NCBI RefSeq assembly: GCF_025643275.1
Contig: NZ_CP089977.1
Coordinates: 1,680,001 to 1,712,000 of the forward strand
Source of the DNA: Moraxella nasicaprae
GTDB lineage: Bacteria > Pseudomonadota > Gammaproteobacteria > Pseudomonadales > Moraxellaceae
Length of the DNA stretch: 32,000 nucleotides
Direction of reading: 5' to 3'
The position numbers and the translations under genes were made by a program. How positions within the stretch are numbered: position 1 is the first letter of the stretch; each line of letters starts with the position of its first letter. Of the stretch, positions 1 through 7,222 are shown piece after piece. The notes beneath the pieces are model-generated. The model did no database searches, was not told the DNA's origin, and worked only from the letters and a program-made list of their open reading frames with translations.

Positions 1-1
1 T

Positions 2-1708
2 TTCTTGCTGGCGGGACGATACATTGAACAAAATGCTCGCCTAAAAGCATCTAATATGGCAACCGATTTGGTGGTGATTGAGCCAATTTTGGTCAAAAAA
101 ATCACGCACGCCCATGAGCTGATTGACAGCATTGAACAAAATACACTAGATACCACACAATTACAGCAATTTTGGCAACGCTGGCAACAAACACATCAAT
201 CCGATGGCGATGAGCTCAAACTGACCAATCATCGACTTGATGATACTGACAAAATCCTTGCCCAAAGTGTCAAAGTGGGCGATGTGGTGTTCATTGAGGC
301 AGGCTCTCAGATTGTTGCTGATGGCGTGCTACTCTCAAAAACCGCCACCGTCTCCCAAAGTCTATTGACAGGCGAAAGCGATTTGATTGTCAAATCGTTT
401 GGCGATACGATGGTCGGTGGTTCACAAAATGACAGTCAGCCCTTCATCATGCTCATCACCAAAGAAGTGGACGACAGCCAAATCGCCTTGATTGACCGCT
501 TGATGAATCGTGCCATGAGTGAAAAACCCAAAATCGCCCAAGATGCCGACAAAATGGCCAGATGGTTTGTGGCAAGAGTGCTTGTGTTGTCGCTTTTGGT
601 GTTTGCGGTGTGGTTTTTTGTGGATAAAAGCCAAGCACTTTGGGCGACGGTGGCGGTATTGGTGGCAACCTGTCCTTGTGCATTGTCGCTTGCCACGCCA
701 ATTGCATTGACGGTGGCAACCAATCGCTTGGCAAGTTTTGGCTTTTTAAGCACTCGTGGACATACCATTCAGACATTATCCGAGGTTGGCTATGTGGCTT
801 TTGATAAGACAGGTACGCTGACGATGGGGCAGGCAAATTTGCTTGCCACAATAACCAATCACATTGATGAAAAACAAGCATTAAGCATCGCTGCTGCTTT
901 GGAGATTGGGAGCAAGCACCCTGTGGCACGGGCGATTTTGACCGCAGCTCATGGTCTTCATCTGCCAGCCAGCAGTGAAATTTTGCATCATGTTGCAGGC
1001 GGGATTGAGGGCTTGATTGATGGTGTTTGGTATCGCATTGGGCATGATAAATTTGTCTTAGATGGCAAAGAGAATCAAACGCTGGTGGAGGATTTGGCGA
1101 CATATCAAGCCAATATGTCGGTGGTGCTGTCTGCCAGCATAGATGGTGTTTGGCAGGTGTTGGCACGATTTTATTTTAATGACCCTGTGCGTTCAGATGC
1201 CAAAATGATGATTGATGCACTAAAACAACAAAACATCACGCCCATCATGCTGACAGGCGACCCTAATCCCAACGCCTTGCAGGTTGCCAAGAACTTGGGT
1301 ATTGATGAAGTGCATTATAGGCTTAGTCCAGAGGATAAAGTCAATCACATCAAACGCTTGCAGCAAGATGGTCATACCGTCATGATGGTGGGCGATGGCA
1401 TCAATGACGCTCCTGTCTTGGCGGCTGCTAATGTATCCACCTCCATTGCAGGTGCGGCGGATTTGGCTCAGGTATCTAGTGATAGTATCTTGCTTGGCGG
1501 TCAGTTGTTGCCCATTAAGCAGGCTTTGCATGTTGCCAGCATTACCCAAAAAATCATTCGCCAAAATTTAAGATGGGCATTGATTTATAATACTGCGGTG
1601 TTGATTCCAGCGGCATTTGGCTATGTGCCACCTTGGCTGGCAGCGATTGGTATGTCGCTATCTAGTTTGCTTGTGGTGCTCAATGCCATGCGAATCAAGA
1701 GAAGCTAG
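2..1708 (+). CDS. Heavy-metal (Cu/Cd/Zn-type) translocating P1B-type ATPase, C-terminal ~568 aa; the 5' end lies outside the window
   Basis: The ORF is open from the window edge. It carries the motifs TGES (actuator), CPC in a TM helix (ATCPCALSLATP), DKTGTLT (phosphorylation site), SKHPVARAI (HP motif), MLTGD and GDGINDAP. Confidence 0.9.
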   Translation, partial: FLLAGRYIEQNARLKASNMATDLVVIEPILVKKITHAHELIDSIEQNTLDTTQLQQFWQRWQQTHQSDGDELKLTNHRLDDTDKILAQSVKVGDVVFIEAGSQIVADGVLLSKTATVSQSLLTGESDLIVKSFGDTMVGGSQNDSQPFIMLITKEVDDSQIALIDRLMNRAMSEKPKIAQDADKMARWFVARVLVLSLLVFAVWFFVDKSQALWATVAVLVATCPCALSLATPIALTVATNRLASFGFLSTRGHTIQTLSEVGYVAFDKTGTLTMGQANLLATITNHIDEKQALSIAAALEIGSKHPVARAILTAAHGLHLPASSEILHHVAGGIEGLIDGVWYRIGHDKFVLDGKENQTLVEDLATYQANMSVVLSASIDGVWQVLARFYFNDPVRSDAKMMIDALKQQNITPIMLTGDPNPNALQVAKNLGIDEVHYRLSPEDKVNHIKRLQQDGHTVMMVGDGINDAPVLAAANVSTSIAGAADLAQVSSDSILLGGQLLPIKQALHVASITQKIIRQNLRWALIYNTAVLIPAAFGYVPPWLAAIGMSLSSLLVVLNAMRIKRS

Positions 1709-1715
1709 TTTTTGC

Positions 1716-1744
1716 TTTACTATGAATGATGAGTTGTGTATAAT
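1716..1744 (+). promoter_or_regulatory. Candidate sigma70 promoter for tRNA(CAU)
   Basis: tttact (1716-1721), a 17-bp spacer, then a perfect TATAAT (1739-1744), ending 19 nt upstream of the tRNA 5' end. Confidence 0.4.
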
Positions 1745-1762
1745 ACGCCAAAGTTTCTTTTC

Positions 1763-1838
<76 letters not shown>

Positions 1839-1847
1839 TATACCAAT

Positions 1848-1883
1848 TTAAGGGCGTTCGTGCTGGTTCACGAACGCCCTTAA
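1848..1883 (+). other. Perfect 15-bp-stem hairpin just downstream of tRNA(CAU)
   Basis: ttaagggcgttcgtg (1848-1862), loop ctggtt, cacgaacgcccttaa (1869-1883). No clear U-tract follows, so its role as a terminator is uncertain. Confidence 0.6.
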
Positions 1884-1892
1884 TCGTTAGGA

Positions 1893-1951
1893 ATTGTAAG
1901 GGGTTGTGTGTTTATGGCGGTTCGTATTAAACCGTACAAAACCGCTTGATT
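1893..1951 (+). repeat. Left 59-bp direct repeat (putative attL)
   Basis: attgtaaggggttgtgtgtttatggcggttcgtattaaaccgtacaaaaccgcttgatt matches 5779-5837 at 55/59 positions. Confidence 0.85.
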
Positions 1952-2015
1952 TGGGGGTATATTTGGGGATATATTAGTGAGCAATAAAAATATAACCCTA
2001 AAAAGGCTTGAAACT

Positions 2016-3341
2016 ATGGCATTATCTGACTTAGCACTAAAACGCTTGAAAGCTGACCCAAACCAACCAATGAACAAAATTAAAAGGGTTAGCGATGGAA
2101 ACGGCTTACAAGCGTGGGTAAGGCATACAGGAACTATATCATGGGGCGTGGTTTATCGCTGGAACGGACAAAAGCAAGAGATGACCATAGGTAAATACCC
2201 CTATATGAGCCTATCAATGGCAAGAGCTGAAAATATCCGCATTAGAGAACTTTTAGCACAAGGGATAAACCCAAAAGACGAAAGAAAACAAGCCAAAGAC
2301 AAGCAAAAACAACGCACTAGCTTTGATTATTTTGCTAATCTATGGCTTGACAGTCAAAAAAACCAACTACAACCCAAAACATTTTTAAGAGAGCAAAACC
2401 AGTATTTGTATCATATTAAGCCCATCATAGGGGACATGGACATTCAACAGATAACCATTGGCGATATTATGCAAATTAGCGACAAATTGACGCTACAAGG
2501 CAAATTAGACACCGCCAAGCGGTGCGTTAGGCGTATTGGGGCAATTTATGATTTTAATATCGTCAAGGGCAACACACCGCCAAATATTACAAATCCAGTA
2601 CCTCGTGGCATTGGTGCATTTGTAGGCAAGCACACCAAAGAAAAACGACCACGCATTAAAATTACAGAATTACCCAAACTGCTTGCCGATATTGACGCTG
2701 ACAGCATGGAAACAATGACCCATCACGCCTTTTATGTGATGTGTTATACCTTTGTACGAACCGCAGAACTGTTTAAAATGCGATGGGCTGAAATTGATTT
2801 TATTAACAATCTTTGGCACATTCCAGCCGAAAGAATGAAAATGAAACGCCCTCATATTGTACCGCTTGCCCCACAAGTGGTAGAAATTTTACAAACCATC
2901 AAAAGCTATGGATTTGGTACAGAATATGTGTTTTATAGCCGTCATACAAAAACTGGCACACTATCAGAAAACGCACTAACGCAAGTCTTGCACCGAATGG
3001 GCTATAAAGGGCGTATGACAGGACACGGATTTAGAGGCTTGGCAAGTACCGCACTCAACCAAATGCAATACCCCCATAAAGCGATTGAGTTACAACTTGC
3101 CCACGCTGACGGTAACGAAGTGGAAAAAGCCTACAATGAAGCTGACCAGTTGCCCATACGCATTGAAATGATGAATGATTGGGCGAATATTGTTGATGAA
3201 ATCAAGCAAGGCAACTTTGACACCTACAATAGACGCACGACAACCGACCTAAGCACCGCAGGAATTGAAAAACTGTTTAAATCACTAGGTAAGACAAACA
3301 GCGAAATCACAACAGAACTAAGCATTAAACGCCTACAATAA
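2016..3341 (+). CDS. int: Tyrosine site-specific integrase, P4-like (DUF4102 N-terminal arm-binding domain)
   Basis: The N-terminus MALSDLALKRLKA...SDGNGLQAWV...WGVVYRWNGQKQEMTIGKYP is typical of P4-type integrases. The catalytic signature is present: R (FVRTAELFKMRW), HGFRG, and LAHADGNEVEKAY. I moved the start from the track GTG at 1977 to the ATG at 2016 (AAGG 9 nt upstream). Confidence 0.9.
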   Translation: MALSDLALKRLKADPNQPMNKIKRVSDGNGLQAWVRHTGTISWGVVYRWNGQKQEMTIGKYPYMSLSMARAENIRIRELLAQGINPKDERKQAKDKQKQRTSFDYFANLWLDSQKNQLQPKTFLREQNQYLYHIKPIIGDMDIQQITIGDIMQISDKLTLQGKLDTAKRCVRRIGAIYDFNIVKGNTPPNITNPVPRGIGAFVGKHTKEKRPRIKITELPKLLADIDADSMETMTHHAFYVMCYTFVRTAELFKMRWAEIDFINNLWHIPAERMKMKRPHIVPLAPQVVEILQTIKSYGFGTEYVFYSRHTKTGTLSENALTQVLHRMGYKGRMTGHGFRGLASTALNQMQYPHKAIELQLAHADGNEVEKAYNEADQLPIRIEMMNDWANIVDEIKQGNFDTYNRRTTTDLSTAGIEKLFKSLGKTNSEITTELSIKRLQ

Positions 3342-3356
3342 TCAACAAAACAAAAT

Positions 3357-3379
3357 AAGCCCTAATAAAGGGCTTTTTT
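3357..3379 (+). terminator. Rho-independent terminator of int
   Basis: aagccct / aataa / agggctt, a 7-bp stem, followed by T6. Confidence 0.7.
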
Positions 3380-3380
3380 A

Positions 3381-3900
3381 ATATTTGATAATTATATATA
3401 TAATAATTTATATATATTTATTATTATATATATAATTATTATTATTTATTTTTATTTACTATTTTTTATTGTTTGGTACTTTCCAGAGCCATTTTTTGAG
3501 AATAATAATCATTCTCATTTTTTAAATTTTTTTTGACCCCTCCCAGAAAATCGACCAAATTATGAAAAAAATGCCAAAAAATACCCCTGTAATATAGTGT
3601 TTTCAATGACTGCAAAACTTGGTCATTGACGACCAAATGAAAAATTGAAAATCATAATCTAAGCCAGTATTTTCAATGCCTGCAAAACTTGGTCGCCAAA
3701 AACCAAATTAACCAAATTATGAATTAAAAACGGCTATTTTTGGTTGTTTTTTATACAAATAATAGATTTTATTATTATTTTTACTGATTTTGATTAAGTT
3801 TTTAAATATATGAAAAATGAAATAATGGGAAAAATCTTAGTAAAATTTGGTTTTACTATAAAAATTATCAATTTTAATTGTTTAGAAATAAATAATAATC
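3381..3900. other. Extremely AT-rich non-coding block containing palindromes and repeated boxes
   Basis: By my count there are only 2 G/C in 3381-3470. The perfect palindrome attatatatataat occurs twice (3391-3404 and 3423-3436). No credible ORF is present. Confidence 0.8.
3596..3694 (+). repeat. Two 29-nt direct repeats 70 bp apart, plus a TTGGTC-N6-GACCAA dyad
   Basis: agtgttttcaatgactgcaaaacttggtc (3596-3624) matches agtattttcaatgcctgcaaaacttggtc (3666-3694) with 2 mismatches. The dyad is at 3619-3636. ACCAAAT boxes lie at 3554, 3632, 3702 and 3711, with an inverted copy at 3845. Confidence 0.8.
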
Positions 3901-4046
3901 AGACTACACCAACAAAGACACCTACACCAGCACCCCAAGCGGTACAATCACACCAGCCAAGCCCACAAGCACCGCCAAACGCCCACAGAACGCCAAATAA
4001 CAGCGATTGATGGGCAATGGACAGCAAGGCAAGCCATCAGAGTAGG

Positions 4047-4114
4047 ACAAGCCCAAACACACCAGCCCAAACACCATTAAACGCCCCAAAACCACCCAAA
4101 AAACCACGCCAGCA
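4047..4114 (+). repeat. C+A-rich direct repeat, copy 1 (upstream of the ATPase gene)
   Basis: caccagcccaaacaccattaaacgccccaaaacca (4060-4094) is identical to 5361-5395, and ccacgccagca (4104-4114) is identical to 5405-5415. Confidence 0.85.
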
Positions 4115-4140
4115 CCAATTCAATGCTTAATTTAGTTAGC

Positions 4141-4180
4141 ATTAGATTTGTATTGTCTAATTAGTTTATGGTAATCTAAT
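4141..4180 (+). promoter_or_regulatory. Tripartite 40-bp dyad (operator-like) in the ATPase promoter region
   Basis: ATTAGATT (4141-4148), N8, the palindrome CTAATTAG (4157-4164), N8, AATCTAAT (4173-4180). The outer boxes are exact reverse complements. The element ends 32 bp upstream of the ATG at 4212. Confidence 0.5.
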
Positions 4181-4211
4181 ACAAGCTACAACAACCCACC
4201 ATAGGAAAAAT

Positions 4212-5252
4212 ATGCAGGACATTTGGCACTACCCACGCACTACCCTAGCTGAGCAGGTTTTGGGACTGTTTAATAGCGGACTATCCCACGCCTTAACTTT
4301 TTTTGCTCCACGCAGAAAGGGTAAAACCGAATTTTTATTAAAAGACATTACCCCACTTGCCAAAGAGCAAGATTATCAAGTGTTTTATTTTAGCTTTTTG
4401 GATAATGCCAACGCCCAAAAGCGTTTTATTTATGAGTTAAACGCTTTTGCAAAGGGCAAGATAGCCAAAACCCTAAGCCATCTATCTAGCATAGAGATAC
4501 AAGGCATTAAGGTAGAAATGGCACAAATGGGCAATGATGATTTATTGCACGCCCTAAGCACACTAGCCAATCAAAATAAACCAACCTTGCTACTGCTTGA
4601 CGAAATACAAGCATTAGCAGGGGCAAGCCATTACCCTATCATAGCCAGCCTTAGAACCGCCCTAGACACAAACAAAGATAAAATCAAAGTGATTTTTACA
4701 GGTTCAAGCCGTGAAAACTTACGGCTAATGTTTTCATCAAGTACCGCCCCATTTTTTCATTATGGACAAAATTTAACTTTCCCTGATTTGGATAAAGCAT
4801 TTACCGACCATTTGGCAGGGGTGTTTTATCACACCACCAAAAGAGATTTGAACAATGATGAGTTATGGCAAGCCTTTAATGATATGAACAAAAGCCCACA
4901 GATGGCAAGGGCTTTAATTGAAAAAATGGCGTTAAATCCATTGCTTACCCTAGCCACCGCCAAACAAGAATTATTATCCGACACAGGGGCAAATGATGTT
5001 TATTTGTCAAGCTATCAATCCCTAACCGCCTTACAACAGCACCTATTAACGCACATTGCCACAGGGCAAAGCGAACCATACAGCACCACCACCAAAGAGC
5101 AGTTAAGCGAACTATTGGGGCTAAGTATTACCACGCCAGCCATTCAATCGGCTATCCGCTCCCTATCTAATAAGGGATTGTTATTTAGGCTGGATAATGG
5201 TGTGTATGAAATTGATGACCCCTTTTTTAAAGATTGGCTATTAAATCAATAA
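4212..5252 (+). CDS. Orphan AAA+ ATPase with a C-terminal winged-helix domain (archaeal-ATPase / DUF234-like architecture)
   Basis: Walker A is APRRKGKT, Walker B is TLLLLDEIQ, and VIFTGSS is a sensor-like motif. The C-terminal LSELLGLSITTPAIQSAIRSLSNKGLLFRLDNGVYEIDDPFF looks like a wHTH. AGGA lies 5-6 nt before the ATG. Confidence 0.8.
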   Translation: MQDIWHYPRTTLAEQVLGLFNSGLSHALTFFAPRRKGKTEFLLKDITPLAKEQDYQVFYFSFLDNANAQKRFIYELNAFAKGKIAKTLSHLSSIEIQGIKVEMAQMGNDDLLHALSTLANQNKPTLLLLDEIQALAGASHYPIIASLRTALDTNKDKIKVIFTGSSRENLRLMFSSSTAPFFHYGQNLTFPDLDKAFTDHLAGVFYHTTKRDLNNDELWQAFNDMNKSPQMARALIEKMALNPLLTLATAKQELLSDTGANDVYLSSYQSLTALQQHLLTHIATGQSEPYSTTTKEQLSELLGLSITTPAIQSAIRSLSNKGLLFRLDNGVYEIDDPFFKDWLLNQ

Positions 5253-5340
5253 AACCCCTTGCCATAGGGTTGTTACCATTGACACCTAAGCCCCATTACT
5301 ACCTATGTTTTGGGGTTTTGCTTTTATGTAGATAAATAAG

Positions 5341-5415
5341 CAAGCCAAATCACACACCAACACCAGCCCAAACACCATTAAACGCCCCAAAACCAGCCCA
5401 TAAGCCACGCCAGCA
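5341..5415 (+). repeat. C+A-rich direct repeat, copy 2 (downstream of the ATPase gene)
   Basis: See copy 1. The offset is 1301 bp, and the ATPase CDS lies wholly between the two copies. Confidence 0.85.
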
Positions 5416-5778
5416 TAGCGAAAAGTAGGCTTATTTTTTAATGATGGTGCTAAAAAACGATTTTTTTTTTAAAAAATTTCAAAGTTTTTTGCAACCAGCA
5501 AATCTAAATATCTAGGTATGAATAAACATTTGATTTTAAATACTTTTTTTATTTTTTCCCTTGCTTATGATGAAACATGGGTATAAAAAACCCACCAAAA
5601 ACCCTCTTTTTTTCGACTTCCTACCCACAAAAATAACGCTACCACCCACCATAGGGCTTTTGGTTATCATACACGACAACAAAAGTAAGCCGTATTTATT
5701 CACACCAAGACGGCATACTAAAAAACTTTGGATTAAAACCTGAGGAATGCAAACGATGACAAAACCACAAGAACACGC

Positions 5779-5837
5779 ATTGTAAGGGGTTGCGTGTTTA
5801 TGGTGGTTTGTATTAAACCGTATAAAACCGCTTGATT
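5779..5837 (+). repeat. Right 59-bp direct repeat (putative attR)
   Basis: attgtaaggggttgcgtgtttatggtggtttgtattaaaccgtataaaaccgcttgatt. All 4 differences from the left copy are transitions. Confidence 0.85.
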
Positions 5838-6025
5838 GGGAATTGTATCGAAGATTATATTCGTAAGAGACAAAATACAATTTCGCAAGAAAATAAATTT
5901 CTACATCCATCAAGCTTAGTGGTATCAGAGATTTTATTTGTTTGTGGGTGCTTGTGCAGAAATATACGAGTGGCTTGCTGAGGTGTATGGATTTGTTTAG
6001 AGATTAAACAATGTTATGATACAAC

Positions 6026-6056
6026 AAAAAAGCCAATCAAATCAATGACTGGCTTC
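6026..6056 (-). terminator. Rho-independent terminator of the tRNA Pro-Arg-His operon
   Basis: On the minus strand: aagccagtca / ttgatt / tgattggctt (10-bp stem with one G-U), followed by T6, directly after tRNA-His. Confidence 0.7.
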
Positions 6057-6066
6057 TTGTGAAATA

Positions 6067-6143
6067 TGGGGTGAATGACGGGACTTGAACCCGCGACAAC
6101 TGGAATCACAATCCAGGGCTCTACCAACTGAGCTACATCCACC
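6067..6143 (-). tRNA. tRNA-His (anticodon GTG) with an encoded G-1 and CCA
   Basis: The reverse complement reads ggtggatgtagctcagttggtagagccctggattgtgattccag...ttcaagtcccgtcattcaccccca. The anticodon loop is TTGTGAT. Confidence 0.92.
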
Positions 6144-6166
6144 ATAATAAAATATAAGCAGGCAAA

Positions 6167-6243
6167 TGGCGCGCCTGGCAGGATTCGAACCTGCGACCAC
6201 CTGCTTAGAAGGCAGATGCTCTATCCAACTGAGCTACAGGCGC
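6167..6243 (-). tRNA. tRNA-Arg (anticodon TCT)
   Basis: The reverse complement reads gcgcctgtagctcagttggatagagcatctgccttctaagcagg...ggttcgaatcctgccaggcgcgcca. The anticodon loop is CTTCTAA. Confidence 0.92.
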
Positions 6244-6303
6244 TCTAGTGGTACTGTTAGGTTGGTACTAACAAAAAAAGCCTAAAAGGCTCTTTTAAAA
6301 AAT

Positions 6304-6380
<77 letters not shown>

Positions 6381-6434
6381 ATTTTTTCAATCAACGCTGT
6401 TTTTTTATTGCTTAACTGCGTCGTTGTGGTGCGT

Positions 6435-6463
6435 ATGATACAGTCAGACGGTCAGTATGTCAA
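6435..6463 (-). promoter_or_regulatory. Candidate sigma70 promoter of the tRNA operon
   Basis: On the minus strand: TTGACA (6463-6458), a 17-bp spacer, TATCAT (6440-6435), about 55 nt upstream of tRNA-Pro. Confidence 0.55.
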
Positions 6464-6615
6464 CATCTATTTTTGAAAAAAATAAATAAAGTTTATAAGT
6501 TATTGATTTATATATATTTTTTATGAAAATTTTTTTTGCAGGGTTATGCGTCAAACCAAGTGAGCGTTTGGCATAACCCAGCTTATCCATCATCAAATAG
6601 ATGTTGTTGGCAATG

Positions 6616-6930
6616 TCATTCACCAGTTTCACTGATGATGTTCATGCCACAAGCGATGGCACCACGAGTTCCGCCTGTCAAATGAATGATGTTGCGACTT
6701 GGGTCAAGTGATTCGAGTAGTTGCACCGCCTTTTCGGCTTTGGTACCACCACCGCACAGCACATAAATGTCGCCTTCGGTATTATCCAGCAGTTCTTTGC
6801 TTAGACCATTTAGGGGTTGGTTCTGGGCATATTCAATATGACCTGCTTGATAATTTTCTAAATCTCTGACATCCCAAATGGTGTGAGTGTCATTTGGTTG
6901 AAAATTTTCAATGGCAAGCTGTTTAATCAT
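6616..6930 (-). CDS. Single-domain rhodanese-like sulfurtransferase
   Basis: WDVRDLENYQAGHIEYAQNQPL plus the active-site loop VLCGGGTKAEKA. I set the start at the ATG at 6930 (GGAG 7 nt upstream) rather than the track TTG at 6942. Confidence 0.75.
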   Translation of the reverse strand: MIKQLAIENFQPNDTHTIWDVRDLENYQAGHIEYAQNQPLNGLSKELLDNTEGDIYVLCGGGTKAEKAVQLLESLDPSRNIIHLTGGTRGAIACGMNIISETGE

Positions 6931-7154
6931 AAAAAACTCCAATGACTAAGTGGTTGAAAAAATAAATAACGGATTTATTGTGGCACAAACCCAATCGGCA
7001 TGACAAGATGGCTGATGGATGTTTTTTTGTTAATGACAAACCAAGAATGATGAATGCGGTGTGATGTGCATGGATATTTGATATATATTTTTATAAAAAT
7101 AATCATAAAAATCAAATGGTTACATAAAAATTTATCAAAAAATCAAAAAATTGC

Positions 7155-7182
7155 TTGCCAAAAATAAATATTAGGCTATAAT
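7155..7182 (+). promoter_or_regulatory. Candidate sigma70 promoter of tRNA-Leu
   Basis: TTGCCA (7155-7160), a 16-bp spacer, then a perfect TATAAT (7177-7182). Confidence 0.5.
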
Positions 7183-7222
7183 AGCGTCCATCAAATGCAA
7201 TGATGCTTTGAACCAAACATTT

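Larger units (their letters stand above)
1893..5837 (+). mobile_element. Small integrase-bearing genomic island (~3.9 kb) bounded by 59-bp imperfect direct repeats
   Basis: The direct repeats at 1893-1951 and 5779-5837 differ by 4 transitions. A tyrosine integrase gene starts 65 bp inside the left repeat. The island lies next to a tRNA gene, and its interior composition (94% AT block, C+A-rich tract) is unlike the flanks. Confidence 0.6.

Noticed and set aside
456-1166. A 236-aa minus-strand ORF (and smaller ones) inside the P-type ATPase gene
   Set aside because: It is antisense to a CDS with unambiguous P-type ATPase motifs. The product is P/S/Q/W-rich with no motifs.
3810-4010. A 66-aa plus-strand ORF (MKNEIMGKILVKF...QTTPTKTPTPAPQAVQSHQPSPQAPP...)
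   Set aside because: It spans the junction of the AT-rich block and the C+A-rich tract. Its amino-acid content (first I/K/N, then P/T/Q/A) simply mirrors the nucleotide bias, and it has no Shine-Dalgarno sequence. It is most likely not coding.
3922-4107. A 61-aa hydrophobic minus-strand ORF, considered as a small membrane toxin or peptide gene
   Set aside because: G+T-rich DNA automatically yields G/V/L/F/W/C codons, I saw no clear RBS, and the paralogous repeat copy at 5341-5415 does not keep the frame open. I kept it only as one alternative in a finding and did not call it as a CDS.
5461-5476. A T10A6 homopolymer junction, considered as a phase-variation tract
   Set aside because: It lies in non-coding island DNA, is not within or immediately upstream of any credible gene or promoter, and I can identify no phase-variable target.
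5536-5913. A 125-aa minus-strand ORF and the overlapping 60-aa plus-strand ORF (5561-5743) at the right end of the island
   Set aside because: The sequence is low-complexity with odd composition (many C, F, Y, K) and has no RBS. The ORF runs across the 59-bp att-like repeat. It has no recognisable motif.
5253-6060. Search for a duplicated tRNA(CAU) 3' end (the classical attR) at the right side of the island
   Set aside because: I found no match to ggttcaagtcctgctgggcctacca or a substantial part of it. The only bounding repeat I could see is the 59-mer, so I do not claim a tRNA-derived att.
6273-6302. A short agcct/aggct hairpin flanked by A and T runs between tRNA-Pro and tRNA-Arg, considered as an internal terminator
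   Set aside because: The stem is only 5 bp and sits inside what looks like a single tRNA operon. It is more likely a processing spacer, and the evidence is too weak to call it a feature.
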